A stretch of 64,000 nucleotides of DNA, from positions 159,964 through 223,963 of the forward strand of contig JAPKCS010000001.1 of assembly GCA_028822845.1 (NCBI GenBank), in the 5' to 3' direction. Made by a program: the position numbers and the translations under genes. Each line of letters starts with the position of its first letter. The stretch's first letter is position 1. This stretch comes from Candidatus Poseidoniaceae archaeon. Lineage in GTDB: Archaea > Thermoplasmatota > Poseidoniia > Poseidoniales > Poseidoniaceae. Positions 20,201 to 29,747 of the stretch are shown piece by piece. The notes under the pieces are model-generated. The model saw only the letters and a list, made by a program, of their open reading frames with translations, did no database searches and was not told the origin of the DNA.

Positions 20201-23200
20201 AGGAACGGTGTTGGAAGCGTCTGCCAATGTGATTGGCATGCCGGGGTGCGTCATGTCGCTGATGTCAAGGGATTGAAGATTGAATCCAACGCTTAGTGGA
20301 TCGGCCTTGCGGAGTGAGAACCGTTCCATTTCGGCGTACTGTGCGTTGTTTTCAAAGCCAAACAAGCCGTTGTCACTCGTAGTCAGCCAGATGGCGTCGG
20401 TTGTGATTGTACCGCCTGTCATTCCAGGGCCTTGGAACATCTTGAGGGTTGCATGTGTTGGTGTGCGAGCGCTCAGAATTGAGGCGCCATTTTCACCAAT
20501 GGCAAGGACATGATCGCCATCACTGACCATCTTCTGTATGGGCCACCCAGCAACTTGGAAAGACGGAGCCCCATCTTCAAATTGATTGGATTGTCCATTG
20601 TAATGCGTCATTGGACCGATGTCGGTTGCAATATGCAAGCCCCACCAGTCTGCAGCCAAAGCATCAACAGTGTTCGAGGACAGTTGATCGAATTTATGCC
20701 AGATGACGGCGTTTGTCGAAGCGTCGACGCTGGTGACACCAGGCCGTTCAGATCCCGCACCATCGTGGCCGATGAAGAGGGAAGTGGAAGTTGATGACGT
20801 GCCATTGACAACAGTGGTGGTGACGGCAGTGGTCAAGGATTGTGCCGAGGTTGCCATGAGGCCCGTGCCACTCGAATAGAGGGTTGTTGCGTTGGTGAGC
20901 GTGTCCATTTTGACGACACCCGCTGCTGTAGCAATCCAGAGGTCGGTTCCGATGATCTGAACGTCCTCGACTACATTTGTTGGTAGCCCATCGCTTGTTG
21001 TAAGCGGGTTTGCCCAATCCGATAGTGCGTAGTCCCATCGCCCAATCCCTCCATTGGTTGCGATGTAGAGCATGGTTGAGGATTCAGTGAATGCGTTGAT
21101 GTTGTTTGAGGGCAGGCCGCCAAGCAATCTCCCGTTTCCGAAGCCTGTGTTCGGGTCGTACACCTGGACTCCAGCTGCTGAACCTGAACTACCTTGCAAT
21201 CCGATGACGAAGGTGTTTCCATAGGCGAAAAGCCCATCCATGTTGTTGTGCAAAGCACCGCCGACTCGACTGAGTACGCCGGTTAACGTGTCGAGTTTGT
21301 AGAGCCCTGTCGGTGTTGTCGTGATGTAAAGGTCAGTGCCCATGAGTTCCATGTCTTTGACCACAGTGTTTGCAATCATTGTCCATCCTTGCTGCCAATC
21401 CATCGTTCCATCGGCTTGTCGCTCGCCCTGAAGCAATCCAGCGCCTGCCGAGCCGCCTTGTCCGAACCCTTGGTTCGCGCCTTGAGTTGAGATCCATAGG
21501 TGCGTTGCATTGCCGGCCATGCTGGTCACTTGACCGCTTACAAGCCCTGGGAAGTCCAGCAACGTGTTTTGCCCCAGCGAACTGATGGTGTCGACATGGC
21601 TGTATCCAGATGAACCACCAGCTTGTCCGACCAACCACTCATTGGTGAGCCATTGGAAGGAAGTAACCGAAGAGCCTTGTCCGTTGAAGGCCACTTGTGC
21701 AGTGGAGCCGCCAGATGTTGCAACAACGCTGTAGCCTCCTCCGATGACATTGTCCCCGCTCGTACCGATGCCATGGCCCAGCACAAGCATGTTGTTGGAA
21801 TAATCAATAGCGTCCCACCAAATACGATCGCTCGGTAAGTTGTGGTTTGCTGTGGTGATTGGGTTGAGCCACGTATTGGTGGTGTAACTGTACTTCTTGA
21901 CGTCTGCTTCATCTTCATAGAAGGCCACATAGAGGGTGTCTGCGCTGTCACAAGCGACACCAGACACTTCGCCATAATTCTCGTTCCAGTCGGCTTCTCT
22001 AAAGGTGGTCAAGAAGGAATCATTTGCCATGTCAAATCGGGCTACGCCTCCATTGTTTGCGTAAATGCCAATGTGGACAATGCCCGCACACTCGGTCATC
22101 GTAATCGGGTAACCATTTGGCAATCCGTTGGATCCGGTTTCGTAATTATTCCATGTTGCGCCATCCCAATGGGAAATGGCGCCATTTCTGAACTGGCCGA
22201 ATTGACTCACTTCACCGCTGCCAACAACCAAGTCTGTGCCGTCGGTCCACAACTCGTAGATTTGGTCGCCAGCATCACTTGGTAGGCCGGAGCCAGGGGT
22301 CCATTCGGACAACCATTGACCTGCAGATTCATTGTACCGTGCGACACCATCCTCGGTTGCAAACATCACTTCGCCGTTGTATTCGATGATCTCACGGATT
22401 GGGAACTCAAAGTCATCATCGTCCCATTCACCGAGCAGTGTCCCATTAGCGGCCATGTATTGGAGGGAATTTTCGCCCCATGAAACCCACATGTTTCCTG
22501 TTGAAGATTGGTAAGCTGTCACGCGGTCAACTTGCCCAATTGGCAGAATGTTTTCGCCCCACGAACCGTTGCTTGTGTTGAATTGTGCGATGCCACCAGA
22601 GCCATCAACCTGCCACCAATTTTGAGAGGCTACGCTGATCATGATGATGTCGCCAATAAGGTTCATTCCATTGACATCGCCGTTGTTCTGGCCCACCTGT
22701 GCGCCAGCATCAAGGGCAGGAAGGGAAGTGAAATTTTGAGCATCAAACCGATACAGATTATCGCTGCTGGCTCCGTCATGGTAGTACATGACATTGCCTT
22801 TGAGAATCATATCAAGAGGGTCACCATTTCCAGCAAACAGGCTGCTTGATTTTTCGATGTCATACACTTCGACTCCTGTCGTAGCGTTGAGCAATTGGAA
22901 TCCATCAGCGCCTCCAATCCAAATGTAATTTGGATTGATATCGGCCGAGATTGCGGTCGCATCCTCATTTCCATCATCGAGTACATTGTCATCGGTCCAC
23001 AGGGTGAGCCATTCGTCGTTAGTGAGGTCATACCGAGCGATACCAATGCCATCCAAAGCAATGAACGCCACATCTCCAATCACCACGACAGGGGCGTTGT
23101 TTGTTTGTTCTCCAGCGGTCCACTCACCGACCACTTCAAAGGGCGAGGTGGTGATGATGCCAACGCCAGAATTCGTCCCTCCGAAGAGGTATGAGTTCGA

Positions 23201-25633
23201 GAGGCCTGCTCCAATCGAGTAGGTCGCCCAATTCGGCATACCGTCGTATACGTTGAGGCATTCGTTGATCCCCAATGTAGCAATGCTGTACTTGCATACG
23301 CCGATGTTGGTGCCAGCGTAGAGGCTGCCACCAGAGATGCTAGAAATGGCTACGAAGTCGTAAAATTGTTGAGGGCGTTTGTCCCAAGAGGAACCTTGGC
23401 CGAACGTCGTCATTTGGTTTCCGTCCCATCGGCTTGCACCTTGTTGTGTTCCGATGTAGAGGTTAGCACCGTCGGATTCGAGAGCGTAGATGTTGTCGCT
23501 GGGTAGGACACCGTTGCTTTGTTGGCCAGCCGCTGTGAGCGGTGCCATCAATTCGCCAGTGGACAAATCTTTCCGTGCAACTCCATATCCGGGGATTCCG
23601 AAGTACAGGATGTCACCAACAACCGCCACTGGTACCTCGTTTGCCCCATTGACGCCAGTCGAAATCCAGGGCGTGAGCCAAGTATCGTTCACGATGTGAT
23701 AACGGAGCAGCCCGTCGTTTTGGGTTCCTACATATGCCACTCCATTGTGGAGAGCGGCATCGGTGACCGAGCCTGTATCCAACACGATGCTTTCGAACAC
23801 AACTGGTTGAGACCCTGTGAGGTTAATGGCCAAAAATTCGCTGTAAAACTCGTTGAGCACAACGACGGTTGAACCGTCCGATTGGACGACGGTAACTTCG
23901 TTGCTTGAGAGCGCCGTGTTTGTCGTGTCCCACGTTTGGAGGACAGTTCCATTGTTGTGCATTTGATGAGCCCCGTTGTCGGCGGCGATGTAGACGTGAA
24001 TGCCATCGTTGCTCAACCGGTTGATGTCAGCTCCAATGAACACCGGCTCAATCCAGCGCGAAGTTTGGGTGTCAAATCTGTTCAGGTACTGGTCGTCAGT
24101 GGCCACAAACAGCACGCCATCAAGTTCAGTGGCGTCGATCATTTGTTCGGTCGTCGGGCCGCTGCCGAGCAACAAAACACCCGTGTTGAGGGGGGTTGAG
24201 CCCGGCGTAAGTTCCACCAATGCACCGTTCCCATCGCTGAGGAGCATGAGTTCAGAACCCGGGGAACGGGCTCCCGAAGTTGGCCATAGAATCAACTTTT
24301 GTCCTTCACTTGTCAGACCGAAATCTTCGATGGATTGGGATCCTGAGAATACATTGCTCGCCGTGTTGTAAGTGTGAAGTGAATCACCGTTGAGGATGTA
24401 GAGTGTGTTCCCAGATTGTGCAAGCCCAGCGACATCGTCACTGGCCAGCCAGTTGCCACTGTTCCAAGTCGAGAGCCAGAATCCAGAACTCCAATCATAA
24501 CGAGCCAAGCCTGCATCCGATGAGGCCATCAGGAGTTGATTTCCTGAGACCATGAGTTGAGTGACTTCATCCGAGTGAAGGCTGTTGGCTGTTGACCAGG
24601 TTGAGAGGGATTGGCCCGTGCTCAAGTCATAGCGGCTAACGCCAGTGTCGTCAATCGAGGTGTAGAGGATGCCATTCAATTCAATCATGGAGATTGCCTC
24701 ATTGGGTGAATCCGTTGTTGCGACGCTCACCCAAGCGGCTCCGTTCCAAAGTGACACCCCTTCTTCATTTGCAGCATAGACGTCGCCTGTGCTGGTAATC
24801 TGGAATTGATCAAAGTCAACAAATGCGGGGCTAGATGCGTTTGGTAGGACGACCTGAGCGCTGCTGTCAACAAGCGAGAGGGCGGTAAATCCATCTTCAG
24901 CGGTCAGGAAATGGATGAGGTTGTTTGTTGCATCAATCTCCATATCGAGCACATCGCTCTCAAATTCGATCATGTCGATGATTGTCGGGTCGTTGTTGTA
25001 ATCGAGTATGATCACATCATCGTTGACTGCCAAATACATCCTTCCGTCATCTGGGTGGATGGCATTGGCACCGAGGTCCAATTGAATCGGTTCGAATGAA
25101 ACCGCGGGATCAACAGGAGCCAATGCTTCGATCACGAGGTCGGTAATCTCAGCATCCGAGGGGAGGGTCCACGTTGCGCCAGAGTCGCTGTTTGGCGATA
25201 GGCGTCCGTTGTGAGGATTCGCACCGACGAATGAATCAGCTGAACCAAGCATGCCAAGACCTCGCCAGTCGAGGAGACTGATTCCAATATCGCTTGCTAC
25301 CAACAGTGGCTCTTCAATCATCAAACCATCACTTCCATTGACTCGGACTTGGAATGAAACATTCGATAGGTCTGCGCCTGGTGCGAACTCAAGGGTCCAA
25401 GGCGCTGTGGCTTGGAATGATTGTCCCATCACAGCATCCAGTTGAACCCATCCAGTATCGTTGCTCCCGGACTTAGGCCAAATGGTATCGATGGTCGACT
25501 CGTGAGCCGAAACACCAGGAAGCGCCATCATTGGCGCGATGGAAGAACAGAGCATTATCGCAACCAGCATGAAGGCCCTTTTGCCGGCTCGGCCGGCGAA
25601 AACTGGGTCAACAAGTTGGTTCATGATACACAA
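17285..25633 (-). CDS. Giant (2782 aa) type-I surface protein: signal peptide, multiple Reg_prop-type beta-propeller repeats, FN3-like modules, single TM anchor, Q/P-rich cytoplasmic tail
   Basis: N-terminal signal-like FMLVAIMLCSSIAPMMALPGVSA. Recurrent G[VIL][AGS]R[YWF]D propeller repeats: GVSRYD, GLARYD, GVARKD, GIARYD, GVARYN, GVARFD, GIGRWD. Five C-terminal modules start with DDGG/DDGT...W. TM helix AAGLFLTAVILFVAVI followed by RSRGNQRGRSK. Confidence 0.9.
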   Translation of the reverse strand: MCIMNQLVDPVFAGRAGKRAFMLVAIMLCSSIAPMMALPGVSAHESTIDTIWPKSGSNDTGWVQLDAVMGQSFQATAPWTLEFAPGADLSNVSFQVRVNGSDGLMIEEPLLVASDIGISLLDWRGLGMLGSADSFVGANPHNGRLSPNSDSGATWTLPSDAEITDLVIEALAPVDPAVSFEPIQLDLGANAIHPDDGRMYLAVNDDVIILDYNNDPTIIDMIEFESDVLDMEIDATNNLIHFLTAEDGFTALSLVDSSAQVVLPNASSPAFVDFDQFQITSTGDVYAANEEGVSLWNGAAWVSVATTDSPNEAISMIELNGILYTSIDDTGVSRYDLSTGQSLSTWSTANSLHSDEVTQLMVSGNQLLMASSDAGLARYDWSSGFWLSTWNSGNWLASDDVAGLAQSGNTLYILNGDSLHTYNTASNVFSGSQSIEDFGLTSEGQKLILWPTSGARSPGSELMLLSDGNGALVELTPGSTPLNTGVLLLGSGPTTEQMIDATELDGVLFVATDDQYLNRFDTQTSRWIEPVFIGADINRLSNDGIHVYIAADNGAHQMHNNGTVLQTWDTTNTALSSNEVTVVQSDGSTVVVLNEFYSEFLAINLTGSQPVVFESIVLDTGSVTDAALHNGVAYVGTQNDGLLRYHIVNDTWLTPWISTGVNGANEVPVAVVGDILYFGIPGYGVARKDLSTGELMAPLTAAGQQSNGVLPSDNIYALESDGANLYIGTQQGASRWDGNQMTTFGQGSSWDKRPQQFYDFVAISSISGGSLYAGTNIGVCKYSIATLGINECLNVYDGMPNWATYSIGAGLSNSYLFGGTNSGVGIITTSPFEVVGEWTAGEQTNNAPVVVIGDVAFIALDGIGIARYDLTNDEWLTLWTDDNVLDDGNEDATAISADINPNYIWIGGADGFQLLNATTGVEVYDIEKSSSLFAGNGDPLDMILKGNVMYYHDGASSDNLYRFDAQNFTSLPALDAGAQVGQNNGDVNGMNLIGDIIMISVASQNWWQVDGSGGIAQFNTSNGSWGENILPIGQVDRVTAYQSSTGNMWVSWGENSLQYMAANGTLLGEWDDDDFEFPIREIIEYNGEVMFATEDGVARYNESAGQWLSEWTPGSGLPSDAGDQIYELWTDGTDLVVGSGEVSQFGQFRNGAISHWDGATWNNYETGSNGLPNGYPITMTECAGIVHIGIYANNGGVARFDMANDSFLTTFREADWNENYGEVSGVACDSADTLYVAFYEDEADVKKYSYTTNTWLNPITTANHNLPSDRIWWDAIDYSNNMLVLGHGIGTSGDNVIGGGYSVVATSGGSTAQVAFNGQGSSVTSFQWLTNEWLVGQAGGSSGYSHVDTISSLGQNTLLDFPGLVSGQVTSMAGNATHLWISTQGANQGFGQGGSAGAGLLQGERQADGTMDWQQGWTMIANTVVKDMELMGTDLYITTTPTGLYKLDTLTGVLSRVGGALHNNMDGLFAYGNTFVIGLQGSSGSAAGVQVYDPNTGFGNGRLLGGLPSNNINAFTESSTMLYIATNGGIGRWDYALSDWANPLTTSDGLPTNVVEDVQIIGTDLWIATAAGVVKMDTLTNATTLYSSGTGLMATSAQSLTTAVTTTVVNGTSSTSTSLFIGHDGAGSERPGVTSVDASTNAVIWHKFDQLSSNTVDALAADWWGLHIATDIGPMTHYNGQSNQFEDGAPSFQVAGWPIQKMVSDGDHVLAIGENGASILSARTPTHATLKMFQGPGMTGGTITTDAIWLTTSDNGLFGFENNAQYAEMERFSLRKADPLSVGFNLQSLDISDMTHPGMPITLADASNTVPLDPTFGVEGTNGIMFQTVPLAFTSPVNNAATWAKSVSLKYNATIELNNNPDFETTMQMAVDNGVIVNGTQFLQLTLRSPSNGSMHVRLIYDYIKVETPIELTDLVDRADDGGGALLADWSLVHDDDFARYLIYVNEGPFIVGGMIDDFDLTNRQIDKAISLHSRLSSEITTANGVPLVDGTDYYAIVVVEYDDGRLGTPSAELGPASPSDEVPLPPIWANAGPHEGGEDGDLDVEWARCTSLDLAQTNIYTSTQPMTDVLGLTPESEVMKMEGNSTVLALEPGQPYWLGLTCVDEAGQEDLSNALIVGPFVPTGGLNDNTAPPKMENVAAIDTPDDDGGRITVSWDVNPAEDCTFYAVFMRLWEDADAENEQMLFTEFGFSQAKIINDCSEESTIVTSIDGVALQDGQMYYVGVVAYDDWLNVNFEDVDLINVTPLRNTAGSGTTPSRITTVQAFDHPEDDGTAIDVLWSISDADDFSHYTVWAADQPLTDLSAAWAAFGENSDLCGCLKINKQWVDEEFNPIEVTISSALYGGQGNLMDITQTTPQPIRPNIELYVVVTVHDLAGNVYLTDLVQATVTPIDNEQDVEAPARLEAIDLFDRPNDDGSALMLEFNLSTASDVGSYEVYAATWSFTSVGPGTLGPSTPVAILERAPTLPLTIDLVAGDTPVIPGQEIWAVVVVRDTSDNAFTSDLVTVSSQSVDDGVDAKGDYLPDVGGIALTWVDETNILVTWTLSQNEDIEGYNIYIAEEEYSTTLEATWLAGVKQSNSFLITSDSFGDLTNATAWYVAVSAEDDLFEKQAVSPVMLDAFNAVGSGNIGEEGANDGAEFSSLLTTPNMLAAGLFLTAVILFVAVIRSRGNQRGRSKSWELQEATWGIQDDQGWSDADSTAPPAPPAPPTTAAQPAAVAAPATNMYAQPAGQQDIYGRTQYQANQPVMQPVQNNNLLNDLGVGNAPAQPAKTIDTSFLDDLL

Positions 25634-25861
25634 GCGGACTTTTGGGGTATTTCAACGCGGCCCCCAGTCGTGCGCGAAATTATCACATCAGCGATGGTAA
25701 ATATCATGCCAAATCCGAACGAAAACATTCGACTCGAGGCCCTTCACACCAGGGTATTTTGTGATGTTGGGCTTGTTTCACGGCTTCTGTTTTCGCCTTC
25801 CCCGGTTCCGTTCACACACAACACTCAAACCGACAACCACATTCGTTAGAGTCGATTGCCC

Positions 25862-28183
25862 ATGAATCGAGAAAAAAAAGAGCGCCTGCTCAAGAAGGAA
25901 GCGCTCGAGTACCACGAGGCAGAACCACGTGGGAAAATCAAGGTCGTACCAACCAAACCACACAGCACGGCTCATGAATTGAGTCTCGCCTATTCGCCCG
26001 GAGTAGCCTACCCTTGTTTGGCAATCGCAGAACGCCCCGAGGATGCATATCGCTACACCTCAAAAGGCAACTTAGTGGCTGTGATTTCCAACGGAACTGC
26101 AGTGCTGGGCCTCGGAAACATCGGGGCGCTTGCGAGCAAACCAGTCATGGAAGGAAAAGGCCTGCTCCTCAAGACCTTCGCCGATATCGATGTGTTTGAC
26201 ATCGAAGTGGACACAGAAGATCCAGAAGCCTTTATCGAAACAGTCGTCAACATTGCCAAAACATTTGGAGGCATCAACCTCGAAGACATCAAGGCACCCG
26301 AGTGTTTTGAAATTGAACGACGTATTGCGGAAGCAACCGACATTCCAGTGATGCACGACGATCAACACGGGACGGCTATCATTTCAGCCGCAGCGCTTCT
26401 CAACGCCGCTGAATTACAGGGCAAAGAACTCGCTGAGATCAACGTCGTTGTGATCGGTGCTGGAGCAAGCGCGATTGCTTGTGCGAACCATTACGTCGCC
26501 ATCGGCGTTACCCGCGCAAACATTGCGATGGTCGACAGCAAAGGAATCGTCACCAAAGCGAGGCTTGAGGCTGGTGAACTCAATGAATACAAGGCCCCAT
26601 TTGCCCATGATCGTGAACCAGGGGATTTGGCAGATGCCCTCAAAGGAGCCGATGTGATGTTGGGCCTCTCAAGAGGCGGTTTAGTGAACAAAGAAATGAT
26701 TGCAACAATGGCCCCCAAGCCAATCATATTCGCTCTTGCCAACCCAACTCCAGAAATCCTTCCGGAGGAGATTCTTGAAGTACGCAGCGATGCCATCATT
26801 GCGACAGGCCGTTCAGATTATTCGAACCAAGTCAACAATGTTCTCGGGTTCCCCTACATTTTCAGGGGCGCACTGGATGTCCGTGCTCGTGACATTACGC
26901 AGGGCATGAAAATGGCAGCAACTCGGGCGTTAGCAGCCCTTGCCAAAGAGCCAGTTCCGGACTACATCTCCGCAGCATACGACGGCGCAGTGATGCAGTA
27001 TGGCCCTGAGTATATCATTCCAAAACCATTCGACCGCAGGGTCCTGCTTTGGGAAGCATCTGCAGTGGCCCAAGCCGCAGTTGACGAGGGTGTTGCTGGT
27101 GTTTCACCGGAGGACTTTTCGATTAAAAAGTACCGTGAAGAACTCGAAGGACGCCTTGGCCAATCCTATTCCATCATGCGCCATGTCATCAATCAAGTTC
27201 GAGGGCGAGGCAAGCGAATCGTGTTCCCTGAAGGTGACAATGAAAAGGTGATTCGAGCAGCTGCTCAACTGGTCGATCAGAAAATATGCTACCCGATCTT
27301 ACTTGGCCCAGAAAAGCGAATCCGTAGAATGATGGACGACCTGAGTTTGAATTTTGATTATGAAGTGTACGACCCTCGAAAGGATGCGCGAAGAAAGGGG
27401 ATCTATTCACAGTCCATGCTGGATCGGCGAAACCGCAAGGGTATGACCGTTGCAGATGCAGCACGTTTGCTCAAATCTCGCCCGTACTTTGCCAGCCAAA
27501 TGGTTGCGAATGGGGACGCTGACGGGTTTGTTGGAGGTGTCAGTCGAAACTATGCTGATGTGCTCCGGCCGACCTTGGAACTGATTGGAGCGGATGAGAA
27601 GGCACACTGCATTGTTGGATGTTACATGATGAACGTCAAAGGGCGAACGATCTTCTTGGCCGATGCCACGGTGAACGTCTATCCAGACAGCAGAACACTC
27701 GCGGAAATCGCCGTACAAACTGCAAAGGTTGCACGCCGCTTTGGTGTTGACCCAGTTGTGGCAATGCTTTCCTTTTCCAATTTTGGAAGCAGCCGTGCTC
27801 AGCGCTCGGAGCGGATTGAAGACGCCATCGCCTTTGCTCGTGAACTCGACCCGTCGCTTGTTATCGACGGACCAATGCAAGCAGACACAGCCCTCAACGG
27901 TGGGGTCCAAGGTGAATACCCATTCATGGAATTCACCGGGGCGGCCAACGTCTTGGTGCTGCCGAATTTAGCAGCTGCCAACATCGCTTACAAACTCCTT
28001 GAGGAATTGGGCGACGCTGAAATGACGGGTCCAATTTTGGAAGGCATGAATCATCCAGTTCAGTTGGTTGCACGCCAAGATGGTGTCCGCCACATCGTGA
28101 ACATGGCTGCCATTTGTGCTGCAGATGCGATTCGGAAAGAACCGTATTGGGAAAGTTTGGTTACGCCACTAAAGGAAGATTGA
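25862..28183 (+). CDS. maeB: NADP-dependent malic enzyme with C-terminal phosphate acetyltransferase-like domain
   Basis: The N-terminus ...ALEYHEAEPRGKI...LSLAYSPGVA and the Rossmann motif VVIGAGASAIA are typical of MaeB. ~330-aa PTA-like C-terminal domain. ATG 25862 preferred over the track TTG at 25856. Confidence 0.9.
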   Translation: MNREKKERLLKKEALEYHEAEPRGKIKVVPTKPHSTAHELSLAYSPGVAYPCLAIAERPEDAYRYTSKGNLVAVISNGTAVLGLGNIGALASKPVMEGKGLLLKTFADIDVFDIEVDTEDPEAFIETVVNIAKTFGGINLEDIKAPECFEIERRIAEATDIPVMHDDQHGTAIISAAALLNAAELQGKELAEINVVVIGAGASAIACANHYVAIGVTRANIAMVDSKGIVTKARLEAGELNEYKAPFAHDREPGDLADALKGADVMLGLSRGGLVNKEMIATMAPKPIIFALANPTPEILPEEILEVRSDAIIATGRSDYSNQVNNVLGFPYIFRGALDVRARDITQGMKMAATRALAALAKEPVPDYISAAYDGAVMQYGPEYIIPKPFDRRVLLWEASAVAQAAVDEGVAGVSPEDFSIKKYREELEGRLGQSYSIMRHVINQVRGRGKRIVFPEGDNEKVIRAAAQLVDQKICYPILLGPEKRIRRMMDDLSLNFDYEVYDPRKDARRKGIYSQSMLDRRNRKGMTVADAARLLKSRPYFASQMVANGDADGFVGGVSRNYADVLRPTLELIGADEKAHCIVGCYMMNVKGRTIFLADATVNVYPDSRTLAEIAVQTAKVARRFGVDPVVAMLSFSNFGSSRAQRSERIEDAIAFARELDPSLVIDGPMQADTALNGGVQGEYPFMEFTGAANVLVLPNLAAANIAYKLLEELGDAEMTGPILEGMNHPVQLVARQDGVRHIVNMAAICAADAIRKEPYWESLVTPLKED

Positions 28184-28186
28184 ACC

Positions 28187-28936
28187 TCACCGTTCGTCGA
28201 AGGTGATCGTTGGGCGGCGTGGTCGCCAGAATGCACCGGTGACAAATCCAGCACACAACCCTCCAAACAACAGGTTCGCCCAACCGGTTTGGACGTAACC
28301 GCTCATGCCGCGGAGAATGGGGATGATGAATGAGGGCACAACGCCCAGAAGGAAGGTCCAGATCAATTCAGTACGGATGTTCGCAGCCATATCAGCAGAT
28401 TCCGGAACCCGTATTGGTTCTCCTTCTCGAATTGGGGCGATGACAAGGCGGGCCAGAACACCTGCAATCGGTCGGTCAAGTGGAACGCTTGACAGTGCAG
28501 TGACTCCATCTTTTGATGGATGTGTTTCAATCGCTGCTCGATGGAGTGCCATCGGGCCCAATCCTTCGAAGCGACGAGGGCGGCCGTCCATCATGGCGCC
28601 GCGATAATTCGAATTCACCGCATCAGCGAGCACCTCGATTTGTTTTCTTTTGAGACCAAGTCCAATGGCTTCTTCAGCGCATCGCCATTCCGATTCTGTT
28701 GGGCATCGAACCTCCCATCGAACCTCATCACTCAAGCCTTCAATACCATCCGTGATGGCTTGATATCCAGCCTTCATGATGTGCTTCAATGCATCTGCGT
28801 CGACTTCGAAAGGTGCTTCATCGTCACTTGGTACCAAGCCCTGGAAGATTTCGGCTTGGGTGTTGGTGAGCGTTTGGCTCATGATGTAGAACTCAGGCAG
28901 GCGGACTTCGTGCCTTGGGCGTTGTCCAGCGTACAC
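28187..28936 (-). CDS. FGE/SUMF1-like domain protein with two C-terminal TM helices (5' end uncertain, see findings)
   Basis: RPRHEVRLPEFYIMSQTLTNTQAEIF and RCPTESEWRCAEE resemble FGE-sulfatase domain motifs (P..V.l..Fyi....TN; RLPTEAEWEYA). Domain-like sequence continues upstream of the GTG start to an in-frame TGA at 29030..29032. Confidence 0.55.
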   Translation of the reverse strand: MYAGQRPRHEVRLPEFYIMSQTLTNTQAEIFQGLVPSDDEAPFEVDADALKHIMKAGYQAITDGIEGLSDEVRWEVRCPTESEWRCAEEAIGLGLKRKQIEVLADAVNSNYRGAMMDGRPRRFEGLGPMALHRAAIETHPSKDGVTALSSVPLDRPIAGVLARLVIAPIREGEPIRVPESADMAANIRTELIWTFLLGVVPSFIIPILRGMSGYVQTGWANLLFGGLCAGFVTGAFWRPRRPTITFDER

Positions 28937-29029
28937 CCAACCGCCCTTATCGGTCCCGATGAAGATGGTTGTTGCAGGTACGCAATCAAAGCGAATCCCT
29001 GAAAATTCAACAGATTTCAGGCCAATCCC

Positions 29030-29722
29030 TCATTGGAGTGTAGCTTCCATACGACGGTACCACGCCATGCCCTTTTCGTGATCTTCGAGCAAAGCAAATT
29101 GGGAGAAGGGTGAGATGGAGCGGGTGTAGCCAAACATCGAAAAATCGACGAGGTCAGGTTCACTGCCACCGAAAAATGGCTTGTCACCATGTTCATCGGT
29201 GAATTCAGTCAACAAGTCGTGCCACAGTTTCTTTGGAGTTCGACCGTCTTTCTTGACCCGCTTGCGTGCGATGATTCCCCACATGATTGGGAATCCTGCC
29301 CATGCATAGAGTCGCTTTGAAAAGAAGCCGAATTTCTCTAATTTCGAAATCCGCATGGTGGTCTTAAACGCTGCACCAAGAGATCCATAGAGGATCGGAA
29401 CCGTTGCTTTGGAGACCTTTGCATCGGCCCAGTCAAGCCAGGTTTGCTGCCGAGTGGAATCACCCATGGCAGCCATTTTCCCGTCGTTGTATGCAGCATC
29501 AATGTGCTTCATGAGCGGCGTCGAATCAACAAAATGGTCTCCGTTTTCATCGGTGAACACAGGCACCCTGCCCCAATCATCAGCAAATGCCACAGTTTTC
29601 TTGATCTTCATACCATTGACACTGACATAGTTGACGTCCATACCAAGGTGTTCAATCACGCTTCGTACCTTCCAACAGAAAGGACAAGTGTAGAGCATGT
29701 GAAGGGTTGGGGTTTGACCCAT
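29030..29722 (-). CDS. Glutaredoxin/GST-like protein (prostaglandin E synthase 2-like)
   Basis: LHMLYTCPFCWKVRSVIEHLGMDVNYVSVN is a glutaredoxin-like CPFC motif followed by a GST-like C-terminal domain. Track ORF (to 29926) trimmed to ATG 29722 so that it no longer overlaps the upstream 113-aa gene. Confidence 0.7.
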   Translation of the reverse strand: MGQTPTLHMLYTCPFCWKVRSVIEHLGMDVNYVSVNGMKIKKTVAFADDWGRVPVFTDENGDHFVDSTPLMKHIDAAYNDGKMAAMGDSTRQQTWLDWADAKVSKATVPILYGSLGAAFKTTMRISKLEKFGFFSKRLYAWAGFPIMWGIIARKRVKKDGRTPKKLWHDLLTEFTDEHGDKPFFGGSEPDLVDFSMFGYTRSISPFSQFALLEDHEKGMAWYRRMEATLQ

Positions 29723-29747
29723 GGTTGGGCGTACCGCCCCCCCTTCT

